Shown here piece after piece: positions 38,233-48,440 of a DNA stretch of 64,000 nucleotides. The DNA comes from Candidatus Bathyarchaeia archaeon. GTDB taxonomy: Archaea; Thermoproteota; Bathyarchaeia; Bathyarchaeales; Bathycorpusculaceae. The translations under genes were made by a program, and so were the position numbers. Where the stretch lies: contig JBEKTQ010000004.1 in the NCBI GenBank assembly GCA_049515895.1, forward strand, positions 83,564-147,563. Reading direction: 5' to 3'. Each line of letters opens with the position of its first letter. Within the stretch, counting starts at the first letter, position 1. The notes beneath the pieces were generated by a model. It saw only the letters and a program-made list of their open reading frames with translations. It did no database searches and was not told the origin of the DNA.

Positions 38233-40533
38233 TTATGAGGCCAAAAATTTTGACAAAGTGCTGATTGATTGACCGTTGACTGCGTCATGGATTGATTTTG
38301 TCGTGTAACCCTTAAAGCTCAATAGGTTAGCAGCTGAAGCGTAAAGCAGACGTAGATACTTCTTTGTGTCGGCATGCACGCCTTTTTCGATTAACTGCTC
38401 CGCCAGCACTCTTCTATGGTACCGTTTGTTTTCTGAATCCGTAAAAACAAAAGCTAAGTTGTTACCCGCATGAACTTCCACGCCTTTCTTAACCAACTGT
38501 TCTGCCACTATCACCTGACTTACATGCTGCCTGTAACTTTTAGGGTCCTTCGATAAGTGCTTAGTTATGATTAGATCCCAAACTGGGACCTCGCCGTCGA
38601 TTAGTTTTTGCCGATAAGCCTTCACCACCTGTAAAGCAGCAGGGATTTTCTGCGTAAACTCTACTGAATTATTAGCGGAAGCCAGCACATTGATCATTTC
38701 CATCTGGAGGTCGTAGATGAAACGTGGCGTATCGCTTCGGCGCACTTCTAAACCTCTAACCTTTACTTTGCCGTTGTCCATGGCGCCGAAGTAACGGTTT
38801 AAAACACTGACACGTGGATGCATGGTTGAAGGCAAAAAAACAATCCATTTGTAGCGGCCCTCAAAATTGATGGGAACACCAATCTCGTCAGTAATCACCC
38901 TGCAAAGATTACGATACTCCTCCATGGTTGCGTTTTCTTTTTTAAGCCAGAGTGAATCCACGATGCCGTGAATAACCTCGAAGCCTTCGTCTTCAGCAAT
39001 GTGCGTTGCTTTAAGAAAAGCTTCTCGGGCAAAGGCGCAAACGCCAATGTGCCCATCAACCGACCCGAACTTTGCGTTACTAAATCCCAAGTAGCCAAAG
39101 CAGGTGACTAGTATCCATTTTAACGCTGTCTGGCGTTTGTCGCATACTTGCTTAAGCGTTTTATCAGACGTTTCGTCCCTTAACCGTTTATAGCTGAGTC
39201 GTTTGGTTAATGCCAACTTGACTGTTTTCGGAACCATGCCGACGCGTTTTGTACAAATATGATAATTCAAGTCGGGAATCCTAATTGGGGAATCGGGGCA
39301 GCATTTACAAAGCACTGTTTCAGCTGAAATATTGTATTTCGCCATTAAGCTTGGGTACATAGAAGAAAAATCTACCTCTCCGATTGAATCGTGCAACCCC
39401 AAGCGCGGCTCAAAAACGAGGCCTCCACGGTCGCCGACAAGCAGGTCAAGGGCTGATTTGAAGGCTTCAGGAATTTTCTTGTTCCTCGGCAGCAGAATGT
39501 CATCTTGCATGGCTTGATAGTACTGGATAGAAGACATGCTTGAACCGATTGAGAAGCGTGCAGCCGTGTGCAGGGGGACTCTGCAGGTTCGCGCTATTTC
39601 GATTAAGCCGTCAAAACCTGACTCCGTCATGATGAAGGTATTGTTTTGGTCAATGTGGATTCTGCCATATAACCGAACGGTACTTGCTCTGTAAAACGTA
39701 TGCCCGTACGAAAAGAAAGTTTTACCGGACGCATTTTTCCGACTAAAAGACTTGTTTTCCCTGCTCAAAACGAACTGATCTATAACGTTGTTCACTGTTG
39801 CTCTACGAATCAGGTAGGGAAAAAGGTACGAGTCACCAGACTGGGTTAAAATTATGTCTGGATCTAACTTGTTTACAGCGTAGACAAGCTGCAGCAGCTT
39901 AGTAGCTTCATCACCATAGTCAATCGCAATCTCGTCTTCGCCATCCTGCTTTAAGGTGATACTGCGGATTTCATCATCGAAACCTGCAACGATGCCTGTT
40001 TTAGCAACATCCACCTCGAGCCTTAACACACGAAGCTGTGGAATAACGTAATCTATGCTTTCAACCGAATCCAAAAGCGCATAATCCAAGCCTGATTTCC
40101 CATATTTAACTTCCATATAGGCAAGCGGGAACAAGCCTCGGCTGAAAAGATACGAACGGTCATTTTGAATGTCGCAGTTATGAAGTTCATAACGTAGATA
40201 GTCGCCCATCCTTAAGATTTCAAGCGTTAACCCTCGAATCGCCCTACAATCCTTAACAGTTACTTCCAGCACCGTAGATTTTTCAGCATCTGTGGCTTGA
40301 GCGTATTTCTGTACGAACCGCACTGAAGCGATTTTCTGGTTATTGTACAGTCTGCTGATTAACGTTTCAAGTTCATCTTTTCTGCCTGAAACATAGATAC
40401 ACGGCTGAAACTTGTCAGTCAGCTTGATTCTTTCGCCTTTTTCGGTTATTACCCAGACAGCAACTTTGCCAAAGTCGGAGGGGTAAACATCAAGCAGCCA
40501 ACCTCTAATTACTCGTGGGTCTTCCAGCAGCAT
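38233..40533 (-). CDS. polB2: Family B DNA polymerase, PolB2 group
   Basis: DFSSMYPS, KWILVTCFGYLG, HGIVDSLW (altered YGDTDS), NRYFG, KVRGLEVRR; degenerate exonuclease motifs. Confidence 0.88.
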   Translation of the reverse strand: MLLEDPRVIRGWLLDVYPSDFGKVAVWVITEKGERIKLTDKFQPCIYVSGRKDELETLISRLYNNQKIASVRFVQKYAQATDAEKSTVLEVTVKDCRAIRGLTLEILRMGDYLRYELHNCDIQNDRSYLFSRGLFPLAYMEVKYGKSGLDYALLDSVESIDYVIPQLRVLRLEVDVAKTGIVAGFDDEIRSITLKQDGEDEIAIDYGDEATKLLQLVYAVNKLDPDIILTQSGDSYLFPYLIRRATVNNVIDQFVLSRENKSFSRKNASGKTFFSYGHTFYRASTVRLYGRIHIDQNNTFIMTESGFDGLIEIARTCRVPLHTAARFSIGSSMSSIQYYQAMQDDILLPRNKKIPEAFKSALDLLVGDRGGLVFEPRLGLHDSIGEVDFSSMYPSLMAKYNISAETVLCKCCPDSPIRIPDLNYHICTKRVGMVPKTVKLALTKRLSYKRLRDETSDKTLKQVCDKRQTALKWILVTCFGYLGFSNAKFGSVDGHIGVCAFAREAFLKATHIAEDEGFEVIHGIVDSLWLKKENATMEEYRNLCRVITDEIGVPINFEGRYKWIVFLPSTMHPRVSVLNRYFGAMDNGKVKVRGLEVRRSDTPRFIYDLQMEMINVLASANNSVEFTQKIPAALQVVKAYRQKLIDGEVPVWDLIITKHLSKDPKSYRQHVSQVIVAEQLVKKGVEVHAGNNLAFVFTDSENKRYHRRVLAEQLIEKGVHADTKKYLRLLYASAANLLSFKGYTTKSIHDAVNGQSISTLSKFLAS

Positions 40534-40771
40534 CTAAAGCCTTCTTTAAACGCGTAATCTGCTTCTGCTGTGACACCAGAATTGAAAGGACCATCGGCTC
40601 AAAAAGTACAGGTTGAGTAGCATTGCTTCCAGCGGAAGCGTAGTTTCGGCAAGCATCCATTAAAGCTTCAAAGGCTTCTTTATCTTCGGTTCTCAGCGCT
40701 TTTGCAAAGCCGTTCCACCTGCGGATTTCATCCTCTATCGCCATGCGGTAGGATTCAACTGTCTTGCCCAT
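40505..40771 (-). CDS. PolB2-associated small protein (arCOG07300-like)
   Basis: MGKTVESYRMA..E..RW..F..ALR.ED..AF..L; overlaps the polB2 start. Confidence 0.8.
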   Translation of the reverse strand: MGKTVESYRMAIEDEIRRWNGFAKALRTEDKEAFEALMDACRNYASAGSNATQPVLFEPMVLSILVSQQKQITRLKKALDAAGRPTSN

Positions 40772-40809
40772 TAGACAGCCGCCTCTAAGGATAATTTTAC
40801 TTTATTCAT
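40771..40809 (-). pseudogene. 12-codon mini-ORF MNKVKLSLEAAV*, possible internally deleted first gene of the PolB2 operon
   Basis: GGAG upstream of ATG 40809; stop overlaps the next ATG (TAATG). Confidence 0.45.
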
Positions 40810-40990
40810 TCTCTTACTTCTCCCATTGTTGAAGGGCAGGAAAAAAAGCTGATTAAACTTTTAAACTATCACTTCAAACGACATTACAGAGCAGTAGAGG
40901 GTAAACTGAAAGTGATAAGGTATCTTCAAAAACTAAAAGGATTAAAAACGCAGTTACAGGCTTCAAATTGACAACAACTAACGGCCAGTT

Positions 40991-41467
40991 TCAGAGTCGC
41001 TTGGTCATCACGTAAGCATCTTCCCCGTCTGAGTAATAACCATTTAAGGTTCGGGTAATTTCAAACCCAAGCTTCTTGTAAAGCGAAATTGCAGTGTCGT
41101 TAGTGACTCTGACTTCAAGGAAGCATTGTTTTGCCTTGTAGTATTCCATGCCTTCCAATGCCTTACTGACGAGTGCCTTGGCGATTCCTTTTCGCCTGTG
41201 CTGCGGCATAACTGCAATAGATACAACATGTCCCTTCCTGATCAAGCCGCCGAAACCGAAATTTGACAAGCCGACTTCTATGCGGCACATAATGTAACCA
41301 GCTATTTCACCGTTTTCTTCCGCCACAATGAATGTTTCCGGAAACCTCTGGTGCAAATCAACAAAAAAGAAGTCAGTGTAATTTTCTGGTAGACAGACAC
41401 GGTTTACCTGCATTACATTTTGCAAGTCGCCAGGGGTGAATTTGCGAAGATTGAATGTCTGCTGCAT
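40991..41467 (-). CDS. ard1: Archaeal N-terminal acetyltransferase (Ard1/RimI family)
   Basis: LPENY, GYIMCRIE, KGHVVSIAV, RRKGIA, LEVRVTN, YYSDGEDAY. Confidence 0.92.
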   Translation of the reverse strand: MQQTFNLRKFTPGDLQNVMQVNRVCLPENYTDFFFVDLHQRFPETFIVAEENGEIAGYIMCRIEVGLSNFGFGGLIRKGHVVSIAVMPQHRRKGIAKALVSKALEGMEYYKAKQCFLEVRVTNDTAISLYKKLGFEITRTLNGYYSDGEDAYVMTKRL

Positions 41468-41560
41468 TATTCCGCCTTCTTAAAGGAGATTTCCCCTTTT
41501 AAACTTAAAGGTTGCGCTTTGGCATTCAACAACTGCATTTTTGGCTTCAAGGCAAATGCA

Positions 41561-42844
41561 TTAAGCCTTTATTTCTTCAGGAGCCTTGAACACTGGCAAC
41601 GTGTAGCTGCCTTGGGGTACGGCCCAAACTCTCGAGGCAGAACCAGCTGTCTTAAACGCTTCAGCCAACGCATCGTTTACGGCGCGGGCGGTCTTTAGCT
41701 TGAATATACTTGTCGCATAATAGTCAGGCAATGAAGAAACCAGTATTATTTGATGGTTTTGAAGCGCTTTCAAGAGGTAGTACGCTTTGTGTCCGCCTAA
41801 AACAAAGTTACGCTTAATCTCGCGCTCAACATTTTTCAAATCGCCTAAACGGCTCATCCAATCGTAAAACACTTGATTCCCATGCCCTTCGGGGCATTCA
41901 GCCACCAAAATTATGACACCTCCACGTTTCACGGCATCCAAAACGTTATCCAACGCTTTGTAAGCTTGATAGAGGTTCATATCTGCCGGGTAGCCACCTG
42001 CGCTTACCACCAAAATGTCTGCTCTGCGATCCACTGTTACACGGTACATTTCATTAACCAGTTTAACGGCTTCCAAGAACGCCTGCTCTACGTCTCCAGC
42101 GAAGGCTTTTACGATTTCACGCTTCTTGTTTTCAACCACGTTCACTATAAAATCAACCTTTGCAAGCCGAGCTGCCTCAGTCATGTCCCGATGAACTGGA
42201 TTGTCTTCTAAGTTTCCCGTCCGCGAGTTTGCGTGCAGTAGCAAAGAGTGGTTCTGCTTGATGGTTTCTTCGCCGCACACAGCTGGCAAAACGCTTTTTC
42301 TTCCGCCTCCATAACCTGCATAATAATGAAAGCCAACATCGCCTAAAAGCACCTTTACATCTGCCTCGGCAAACACTCGATTAACAAGCACTTTATTGCC
42401 ATGCGTCTTAGTCGTACCAACATGCACCAAATCTGTAGCACGACAATCATGACTGATGACCTTCACTCTTCTCAAAGCCTCAGCGCCGAGCAATACAGCG
42501 GCTTCCTCAGGCTTAACTGCACGGTGTGTGCCACAGCCAAAAATAACCGTTACATTCTCATCTTTTACGCCGGCAGCATTCAACTCGGAGAGCACTGGCG
42601 GCAGCATTATTTCACTTGGCGACTTGCGAGTTCCATCGTCAACCACAATGGCAACCTTGCTCTCAGGCTTGGCAATTTCGCTTAAACGCTTTGAGCCGAT
42701 GGGCTCCTTTAATGCTCGTTCAACCTCAGTCTTAGCATCCGGTGCTCCAAGGCGGTCGGCAGGCTCTATTGTGCCAAGCAGGTTTCGGGCTGGGATTCGG
42801 ACGCACACATCGGTTTTTCCGTAGGGAAGCCAAACATCGACCAT
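41561..42844 (-). CDS. larA: Nickel-pincer-dependent lactate racemase (LarA) family protein
   Basis: DGTR, GTHR, HDC, HYYAGYGGGRKS, NLYQAYKAL, ECPEG; substrate not established. Confidence 0.85.
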   Translation of the reverse strand: MVDVWLPYGKTDVCVRIPARNLLGTIEPADRLGAPDAKTEVERALKEPIGSKRLSEIAKPESKVAIVVDDGTRKSPSEIMLPPVLSELNAAGVKDENVTVIFGCGTHRAVKPEEAAVLLGAEALRRVKVISHDCRATDLVHVGTTKTHGNKVLVNRVFAEADVKVLLGDVGFHYYAGYGGGRKSVLPAVCGEETIKQNHSLLLHANSRTGNLEDNPVHRDMTEAARLAKVDFIVNVVENKKREIVKAFAGDVEQAFLEAVKLVNEMYRVTVDRRADILVVSAGGYPADMNLYQAYKALDNVLDAVKRGGVIILVAECPEGHGNQVFYDWMSRLGDLKNVEREIKRNFVLGGHKAYYLLKALQNHQIILVSSLPDYYATSIFKLKTARAVNDALAEAFKTAGSASRVWAVPQGSYTLPVFKAPEEIKA

Positions 42845-43149
42845 GAATAGTCACGTATTGAAATGTACTCAACATAGGAAGCTTTTAAGCCTTATCAAAA
42901 CAGAGAGAAAAAGAAAACCGTGGTCGTTTAATCGTCGTCGCATGTGAGGTTTGCCTTATATCACAAAAGCGGTTAGCCAAGGCAAACGCCACCTGTTGCT
43001 ATTTCCAACTAAGCATTAATAGAAGCGAAGAAGAAACAGATTGCGAATAGCGAGTTGGTGATTGCTATAGTACAACAACAAACCTATTTAAGAATAAAAA
43101 AGAATTTCTAATTGAATAGAAAAGGTTCTTGAAAAAGGAGAGTTTTTGT

Positions 43150-43482
43150 ATGCTTGATGGTTTTGAATGGCTTATAGTCGGAGCTATTGCTATAGTCGTA
43201 ATTCTTTGGGGTCCATCGAAGATCCCCGAGTTTGCTAAAGCACTAGGTAGAGCTAAAGGCGAATTCAACAAGGCGCAAGACGAATTCAAACAGGCAGCAA
43301 GCGAAACACCGGCGCAGAAGGCAGTCTCCAACTTTATCGCACCCCCTCCGCCTCCATTGAAGAGCAGAGACGAAGTTTTGATTGACGCAGCCAGAAGTCT
43401 AGGAATATCAACGGAAGGCAAAACCAGGGAACAGATTTCTGAAGAGATTTCATTAAAGGCCAAACTGCTGAACGCTGATTGA
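43150..43482 (+). CDS. tatA: Twin-arginine translocase TatA/E subunit
   Basis: EWLIV...LWGPSKIPEFAKALGRAKGEF; AAGGAG SD before ATG 43150. Confidence 0.9.
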   Translation: MLDGFEWLIVGAIAIVVILWGPSKIPEFAKALGRAKGEFNKAQDEFKQAASETPAQKAVSNFIAPPPPPLKSRDEVLIDAARSLGISTEGKTREQISEEISLKAKLLNAD

Positions 43483-43952
43483 TTAGGATTAGCTTCACTC
43501 TTTTTTTGATAAACAATTAGTGGAAACATTGAAAAAAAATGTTTTTGGCGCTCTTTCGTTTTTGTCAGATAATGAAGGTTCTGGCTTATAGAAAACGTAA
43601 ATAAGCCTGATTGGTTTCCTAAAGTTTTGGACGATGAGAAAATCGAGGTACGATGAAGCGGAAGGCGGGGAAATTAAGCCGGAAGCTAGTGAAGTCTTTT
43701 TCCGCTATTGAGTCCAAAGCCAAACAAACTTGTGGTAAGAAACAAGATGGTGCAAACTCAATAAGCTTGAACTGGAATCCGCTTTTACAAAAAAATGCAG
43801 ATAAAAGGTCCCTCGCCAGCACAGAATAGGTTTCAAAAATCCGCAAAAATGGATGTGGCGCATGCATCTGCTGCCTCACATCTTTATCGCAGTGGTTTTG
43901 CGAGAGAAAACCTTTATTTTCTGAAACGAGAGAAATTTAAATGTGAAGAAGT

Positions 43953-44450
43953 ATGCTTGTGGGCGCAATTTCAGATACTCATGATAACCTGCCTCAAGTT
44001 GAGAAAGCAGTGAAGTATCTTAACGAGCAGAAAGTAGGCTTGGTGTTTCATGCTGGTGACTACGTTGCAGGCTTCGTTATCCCTAAATTCAAACTGTTAA
44101 ACTGCAAACTCATCGGGGTATTCGGTAACAACGACGGAGACCATGAACTTCTGAAGAAAAGGTTCAGCGAAACCAACAACTGCACAATCCACGAACGATT
44201 CACACAAGTAGAGGTGGAGGGCTGCAGAATTGCTCTGCTGCATGGGCACGAAGGTGAACTGCTTGATGCCATAATCGACAGCGGGTACTTCGATATCGTC
44301 ATCCACGGTCATTCTCATAATAGAAGCATCGAGAAAAAGGGGAAAACGCTCGCCGTCAACCCAGGGGAAGTCTGCGGGTACCTCACTGGGAAATGCACCC
44401 TGGCCATTTTGAACACCGCTAAGAATGAAGCAGAAATAATTGAACTTTAG
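43953..44450 (+). CDS. Metallophosphoesterase (MJ0936/YfcE family)
   Basis: SDTHD, HAGD, GNND, LHG, HGHSH, NPGE. Confidence 0.92.
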   Translation: MLVGAISDTHDNLPQVEKAVKYLNEQKVGLVFHAGDYVAGFVIPKFKLLNCKLIGVFGNNDGDHELLKKRFSETNNCTIHERFTQVEVEGCRIALLHGHEGELLDAIIDSGYFDIVIHGHSHNRSIEKKGKTLAVNPGEVCGYLTGKCTLAILNTAKNEAEIIEL

Positions 44451-45403
44451 TCGGAAACTTGCGCACTCTGATTGATCGCTTTGTTGAAAGGCTCTCTTAA
44501 CTGATTGGCCTCAACAAAAAGTTGCCTCAGTTTTTGGTCGTTTGCCCCGCGGCGGAGAGGTGTTAATATGTCTGTTAGGTTGTCGTTTCTCATTAGGCAG
44601 GGTTTTAGTTTTCCGTCGCTCGTGACGCGCATACGGGTGCAGTGCATGCAAAAATCCGTGTTCTCAATGGGGTGCACAACTTCGACGGTTACGTTTGGCA
44701 GATGGTAGATTAGGCGGTTATGCATGAAGGGTCGACTCTCAACAGTCAAAGCACTCTCTCGCAGGAATTGTTCTTGCTCGTCTAGGCTTCGGTGATGCGT
44801 CAAGTAGTAGTCGCTGCTGACGTTGACGGGGTCAAGCTCAATCAGCTGAAGGGCAATGTTGTTTTGCCGAGCGTACTCTATGAGGCTTGGGACGTCGTCC
44901 ACATTCACGTCTTTTAAGATTACCATGTTGAGCTTCACAGGACAGAAGCCTGCCTCAATGGCTGCTTTAACCCCTGCCAGGGCATCTTGAAGTTTTCCGC
45001 CCGTCAACTTGCGGTACGTTTCTGCGTTCAGTGAGGGTAAACTTATGTTTACGCGCTTTAACCCGCGCATACGCAAGTCCTTAGCCATCCTCTCTAAAAG
45101 CATACCATTCGTTGTCAACGACAGGTCTTTCAAACCCGGTATCGCAGCTATGCCTGAAACGATTTCAGGGAGGTCTTGGCGCATAAGCGGCTCGCCTCCT
45201 GTCAATTTTATTCGTGCAATGCCTAGGCTGACGGCAATTCGCGCGATACGTACAATTTCTTCCGCCTTCATTTTCTCAGCTGAACGGTTAGCCCGCTGAA
45301 CCTCCCCTTCCCGATGGCAGTATGCGCAGCGATTATTGCACCGCTGAGTAATTGAAACCCGAAGGTTAAGGAGAGGTCTGCCGCAGTTGTCAGTTAAACT
45401 CAT
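44447..45403 (-). CDS. moaA: GTP 3',8-cyclase MoaA
   Basis: LRVSITQRCNNRCAYC, TGGEPL, FCMHCTRMRVTSDGKLKPCL. Confidence 0.95.
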   Translation of the reverse strand: MSLTDNCGRPLLNLRVSITQRCNNRCAYCHREGEVQRANRSAEKMKAEEIVRIARIAVSLGIARIKLTGGEPLMRQDLPEIVSGIAAIPGLKDLSLTTNGMLLERMAKDLRMRGLKRVNISLPSLNAETYRKLTGGKLQDALAGVKAAIEAGFCPVKLNMVILKDVNVDDVPSLIEYARQNNIALQLIELDPVNVSSDYYLTHHRSLDEQEQFLRESALTVESRPFMHNRLIYHLPNVTVEVVHPIENTDFCMHCTRMRVTSDGKLKPCLMRNDNLTDILTPLRRGANDQKLRQLFVEANQLREPFNKAINQSAQVSD

Positions 45404-45406
45404 TCG

Positions 45407-45940
45407 TTATTCACGCGCGTGCTTAACGATGTGAGGCGACTCCGGCAAAATAAGCATTTCTGCCGCAACTCGCACGGCATCTGGGGAACCTGGAATACAA
45501 AATAGCGCTTTGCCGTTGGCCACACCGGCGACGGCGCGGGACAGAACTGCGGCGGAGCCTACCTTGCCAAAGCTTATGGCCCTGAAAAACTCGCCGAAAC
45601 CGGGCAGAGTTTTTTCAAAGAAGAGCGAAACCGTTTCAATAGTGACATCGGAGTGAGTGATGCCTGTTCCGCCTGAAAAGATGACAACATCCAAGTTAGT
45701 CATGTCTAAGGCTTCTTTTACAGCTTCAGAAATCAACGCTTTGTCATCGGCGATTATCTTCTTGAAAAGTACGTTTTGTTGCGCCTTTTTAAGGATGTCA
45801 ACCAATGTGTCTCCGCCAATGTCGCTGACCTCTTTTTCACCCTGTTGAATAAGTTGGTACCGCGAACTGCTGCAAACGTAGACGCCGAAGTTCAGGGTTT
45901 TTGGCGCTTTAGCCTTATGCATCTTTGAGGTTTCGCTCAT
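45407..45940 (-). CDS. moaB: Molybdopterin adenylyltransferase MoaB/MogA
   Basis: GGTGITHSDVT, LPGFGEFFR, LSRAVAG, PGSP. Confidence 0.92.
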   Translation of the reverse strand: MSETSKMHKAKAPKTLNFGVYVCSSSRYQLIQQGEKEVSDIGGDTLVDILKKAQQNVLFKKIIADDKALISEAVKEALDMTNLDVVIFSGGTGITHSDVTIETVSLFFEKTLPGFGEFFRAISFGKVGSAAVLSRAVAGVANGKALFCIPGSPDAVRVAAEMLILPESPHIVKHARE

Positions 45941-45945
45941 GCCTA

Positions 45946-46392
45946 CTACACCTGCTGCTTGAACTTTCGCACAACATGAATATTCTCAATCGCCGTCGAT
46001 GGATACTGCCCCGCGGCATCTTTCTCGTACTGTTTTGTCATGTCCCAGACAGTTAGCAGACCCATCGAAACCGCTGCGAGCGCTTCCATTTCCACGCCCG
46101 TCTGCGCTTTGGCTTTCACGGTGGCTGAAACCTCCACCGAACCTTCGCCTGACACTTTAACGTCAACCTGCACATTCGTCAAAGGCAGCGGATGGCAAAG
46201 AGGAATTAAGCTGCTCGTCTTCTTCGCCGCAAGAACCCCTGCAATTTTTGCAGTATAAAGCGGGTCGCCTTTGGCGATTTTTCCGGCCTTGATCAAGCCA
46301 ATTGTTTCCGGCTTCAGTTTTATCGTTCCCAACGCGGTTGCTTCTCGGAAGATTTCCGCTTTGTCTGAAACATCAACCATTGCCAAAGTCAT
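45946..46392 (-). CDS. moaC: Cyclic pyranopterin monophosphate synthase MoaC (start trimmed to 46392)
   Basis: MVDVSDK, LIPLCHP, TGVEMEAL, WDMTK. Confidence 0.95.
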   Translation of the reverse strand: MTLAMVDVSDKAEIFREATALGTIKLKPETIGLIKAGKIAKGDPLYTAKIAGVLAAKKTSSLIPLCHPLPLTNVQVDVKVSGEGSVEVSATVKAKAQTGVEMEALAAVSMGLLTVWDMTKQYEKDAAGQYPSTAIENIHVVRKFKQQV

Positions 46393-46532
46393 TTTTCTCC
46401 TTTTAGCGCTTTGTTCTAGTTGATAACTCTGTTTTCCTTTCTTGTATGTCTTTTCGTTTCGCGCGAACCAAAGTTTTGAATTTAGCCAGCTTACTGAGAA
46501 ACGACAAACCAAAGAAGAAAAGGCGTGAGGAT

Positions 46533-46799
46533 CTATTTGTTTTGTTCCCATGCTTCTATGAGGCTTTTGACTGCCTTTGCTTTAGCCGAGGCTTCATTAA
46601 ACCTGTACATGCGAACCCGACCGTAAGTGAGTTCCTGCAGAATTCCTTCCGCCTCCAAAACTTTCAAGTGCTCAGAAGTTGCCGCGAAGTTACTGCCAAT
46701 GCGGCGTGCAACTTCCGAAACATTAAGGGACCCCAATTCGTAGAGTAGTTTTAGGATTTTCATGCGAGGTTTCGACGAAAAAACCTCTTCAAGCTCCAA
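46533..46799 (-). CDS. ArsR-like winged-HTH protein
   Basis: FSSKPRMKILKLL, NVSEVARR, HLKVLEAEGI. Confidence 0.85.
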   Translation of the reverse strand: MELEEVFSSKPRMKILKLLYELGSLNVSEVARRIGSNFAATSEHLKVLEAEGILQELTYGRVRMYRFNEASAKAKAVKSLIEAWEQNK

Positions 46800-46805
46800 T
46801 GGTAG

Positions 46806-48026
46806 TCACGTCCTTCCTTTTTCTGCGGCTAACGATGCGGTTAACTCTTTTTCAAGCTGAAACGCCGGAATAGAAGGCAGGGAAACCTGGGTTGACCTTC
46901 CACGCGAGGTTACGGCGGCAACTTCGATCTTGATGATACCTAATGATGAGAGGTACTGGGCGTAATTCCAAATTTGCGTGTGTCCGCAGGTTTTCACGTT
47001 GAATTCTTCGCAGACAACTTCATATGCCTTCTCAACTTCCGATAATGAAGCATAAGCCTGCTCGTTTTCTTTGAAGAAGCGTGCCACAGCCAGCAGAAAC
47101 AGCTTTTCATGCAGCCCCAAAGAAGCTAAGTCACTACGCCGCATAGTTGGGATGATGCTGGACACTGCCAATCTGACGCATTCTGGCTCAACCATCTCGG
47201 CATCATGCGAGTCGGCGTATTTGCCTGCACGCCACAACAGCTCGATTCCGAAGCGGGCGTTCCCCGTTTCCTTAAACGCCAACTCTGCAATCAAAGCCAC
47301 GACATCTTCTTCCACGGTTCCAAGTTCAAACGCCATGGCCACGCGGTCGCTTAGGATGTCGATTAACTGTTGCTTGCCATAGCGTTCAAGATTGATGATG
47401 CTGCGTTGCAGAGTGCTTTTTGAGCTTGCATCCAGTTGCTCAATCGCTTTTAGGTCACGCATGATAAAGATGAAGGAGAGCCGCTGTGGTTTTCCTTGTC
47501 TCATCTCCTGTAGACGCGTTAGTTTGTATACAGCGTCTGAGCCTTCGTTTTCTATGATGCTGTCAAACTCGTCCAGGGTCAGAACTACAGAAACTTTTTC
47601 TTCATCTAAAACCTGCATTAGCGCCGAGAGAACTTCTTGTTCTGAGTATCCTCGGGAAGGGTAAGTGGGGCGAAAAGCGATGAGAGTTTGATGGATAATC
47701 GGGAGAATGCTGCCGCGGAACTCTCGGCAGTTAACGTGGATGTAACGGAACTTTACTCCTCGCCTGTTGGCTTCAGAAGTGATGTTTACGCCGAAGTGTT
47801 GGGCAAGAACGGTTTTTCCCGTCCCTACGTCGCCTGTGATGATGACTCGCTGAGCCATACGTTCGGGGCAACGGGTAACAAAGCTGAAGAACTCCATCAG
47901 CAAGCGCAGCTCAGATTCCCTGTGAGGCAGCTTCTGCGGAACGTAATTTATGTCAAGCTTAGATTCATCTTTGAACACACTTTGATGCGACCGCAAACTT
48001 GGTTCCTCAGCAGTGAAAGATTCCAT
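46806..48026 (-). CDS. cdc6: Orc1/Cdc6 replication initiator
   Basis: YVPQKLPHRESE, GDVGTGKT, HVNC, LDEFD, GNARFGI, C-terminal wHTH with RGRS. Confidence 0.95.
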   Translation of the reverse strand: MESFTAEEPSLRSHQSVFKDESKLDINYVPQKLPHRESELRLLMEFFSFVTRCPERMAQRVIITGDVGTGKTVLAQHFGVNITSEANRRGVKFRYIHVNCREFRGSILPIIHQTLIAFRPTYPSRGYSEQEVLSALMQVLDEEKVSVVLTLDEFDSIIENEGSDAVYKLTRLQEMRQGKPQRLSFIFIMRDLKAIEQLDASSKSTLQRSIINLERYGKQQLIDILSDRVAMAFELGTVEEDVVALIAELAFKETGNARFGIELLWRAGKYADSHDAEMVEPECVRLAVSSIIPTMRRSDLASLGLHEKLFLLAVARFFKENEQAYASLSEVEKAYEVVCEEFNVKTCGHTQIWNYAQYLSSLGIIKIEVAAVTSRGRSTQVSLPSIPAFQLEKELTASLAAEKGRT

Positions 48027-48440
48027 TTTTTCCGATTTAATACTAACTGTTGCAGTAAAAGACTAATAAATCCATTTAGCAGAGATTCACTGCATCAGAC
48101 CTGATTTTGCTCAAATGTCCACAGCATGCAAGGAGTTTTAAGGAGGGAGTTCCTTAACCCGGGTTATTTGGTACACCTTTTTTAGGACTTCGCTAGGTAT
48201 AATTCAACTGATGAGTTCGTGGAAGAAAAGACCAAGCAATTTACACGTGTAAATCTGGAAGAAGAAAGAATCCTGTGCGGTGGATTTTACTGCAAACATT
48301 TCAGCTACTGCAAATTCTTCAATCGCTCGGAAATCCCTGTTTATAAAAAAACTCTACATGATTCAATTCTTCAAGGAATGCTGAAGAGATTTAGACCTCT
48401 ACACATTAGAACACAAAAGAGAACTAACAGTCAAATAACG

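Noticed and set aside
48027-48440. Replication origin upstream of cdc6
   Set aside because: Only one weak ORB-like string (TCCACAGCATGCAAGGAGT near 48118); no repeated ORBs or clear unwinding element
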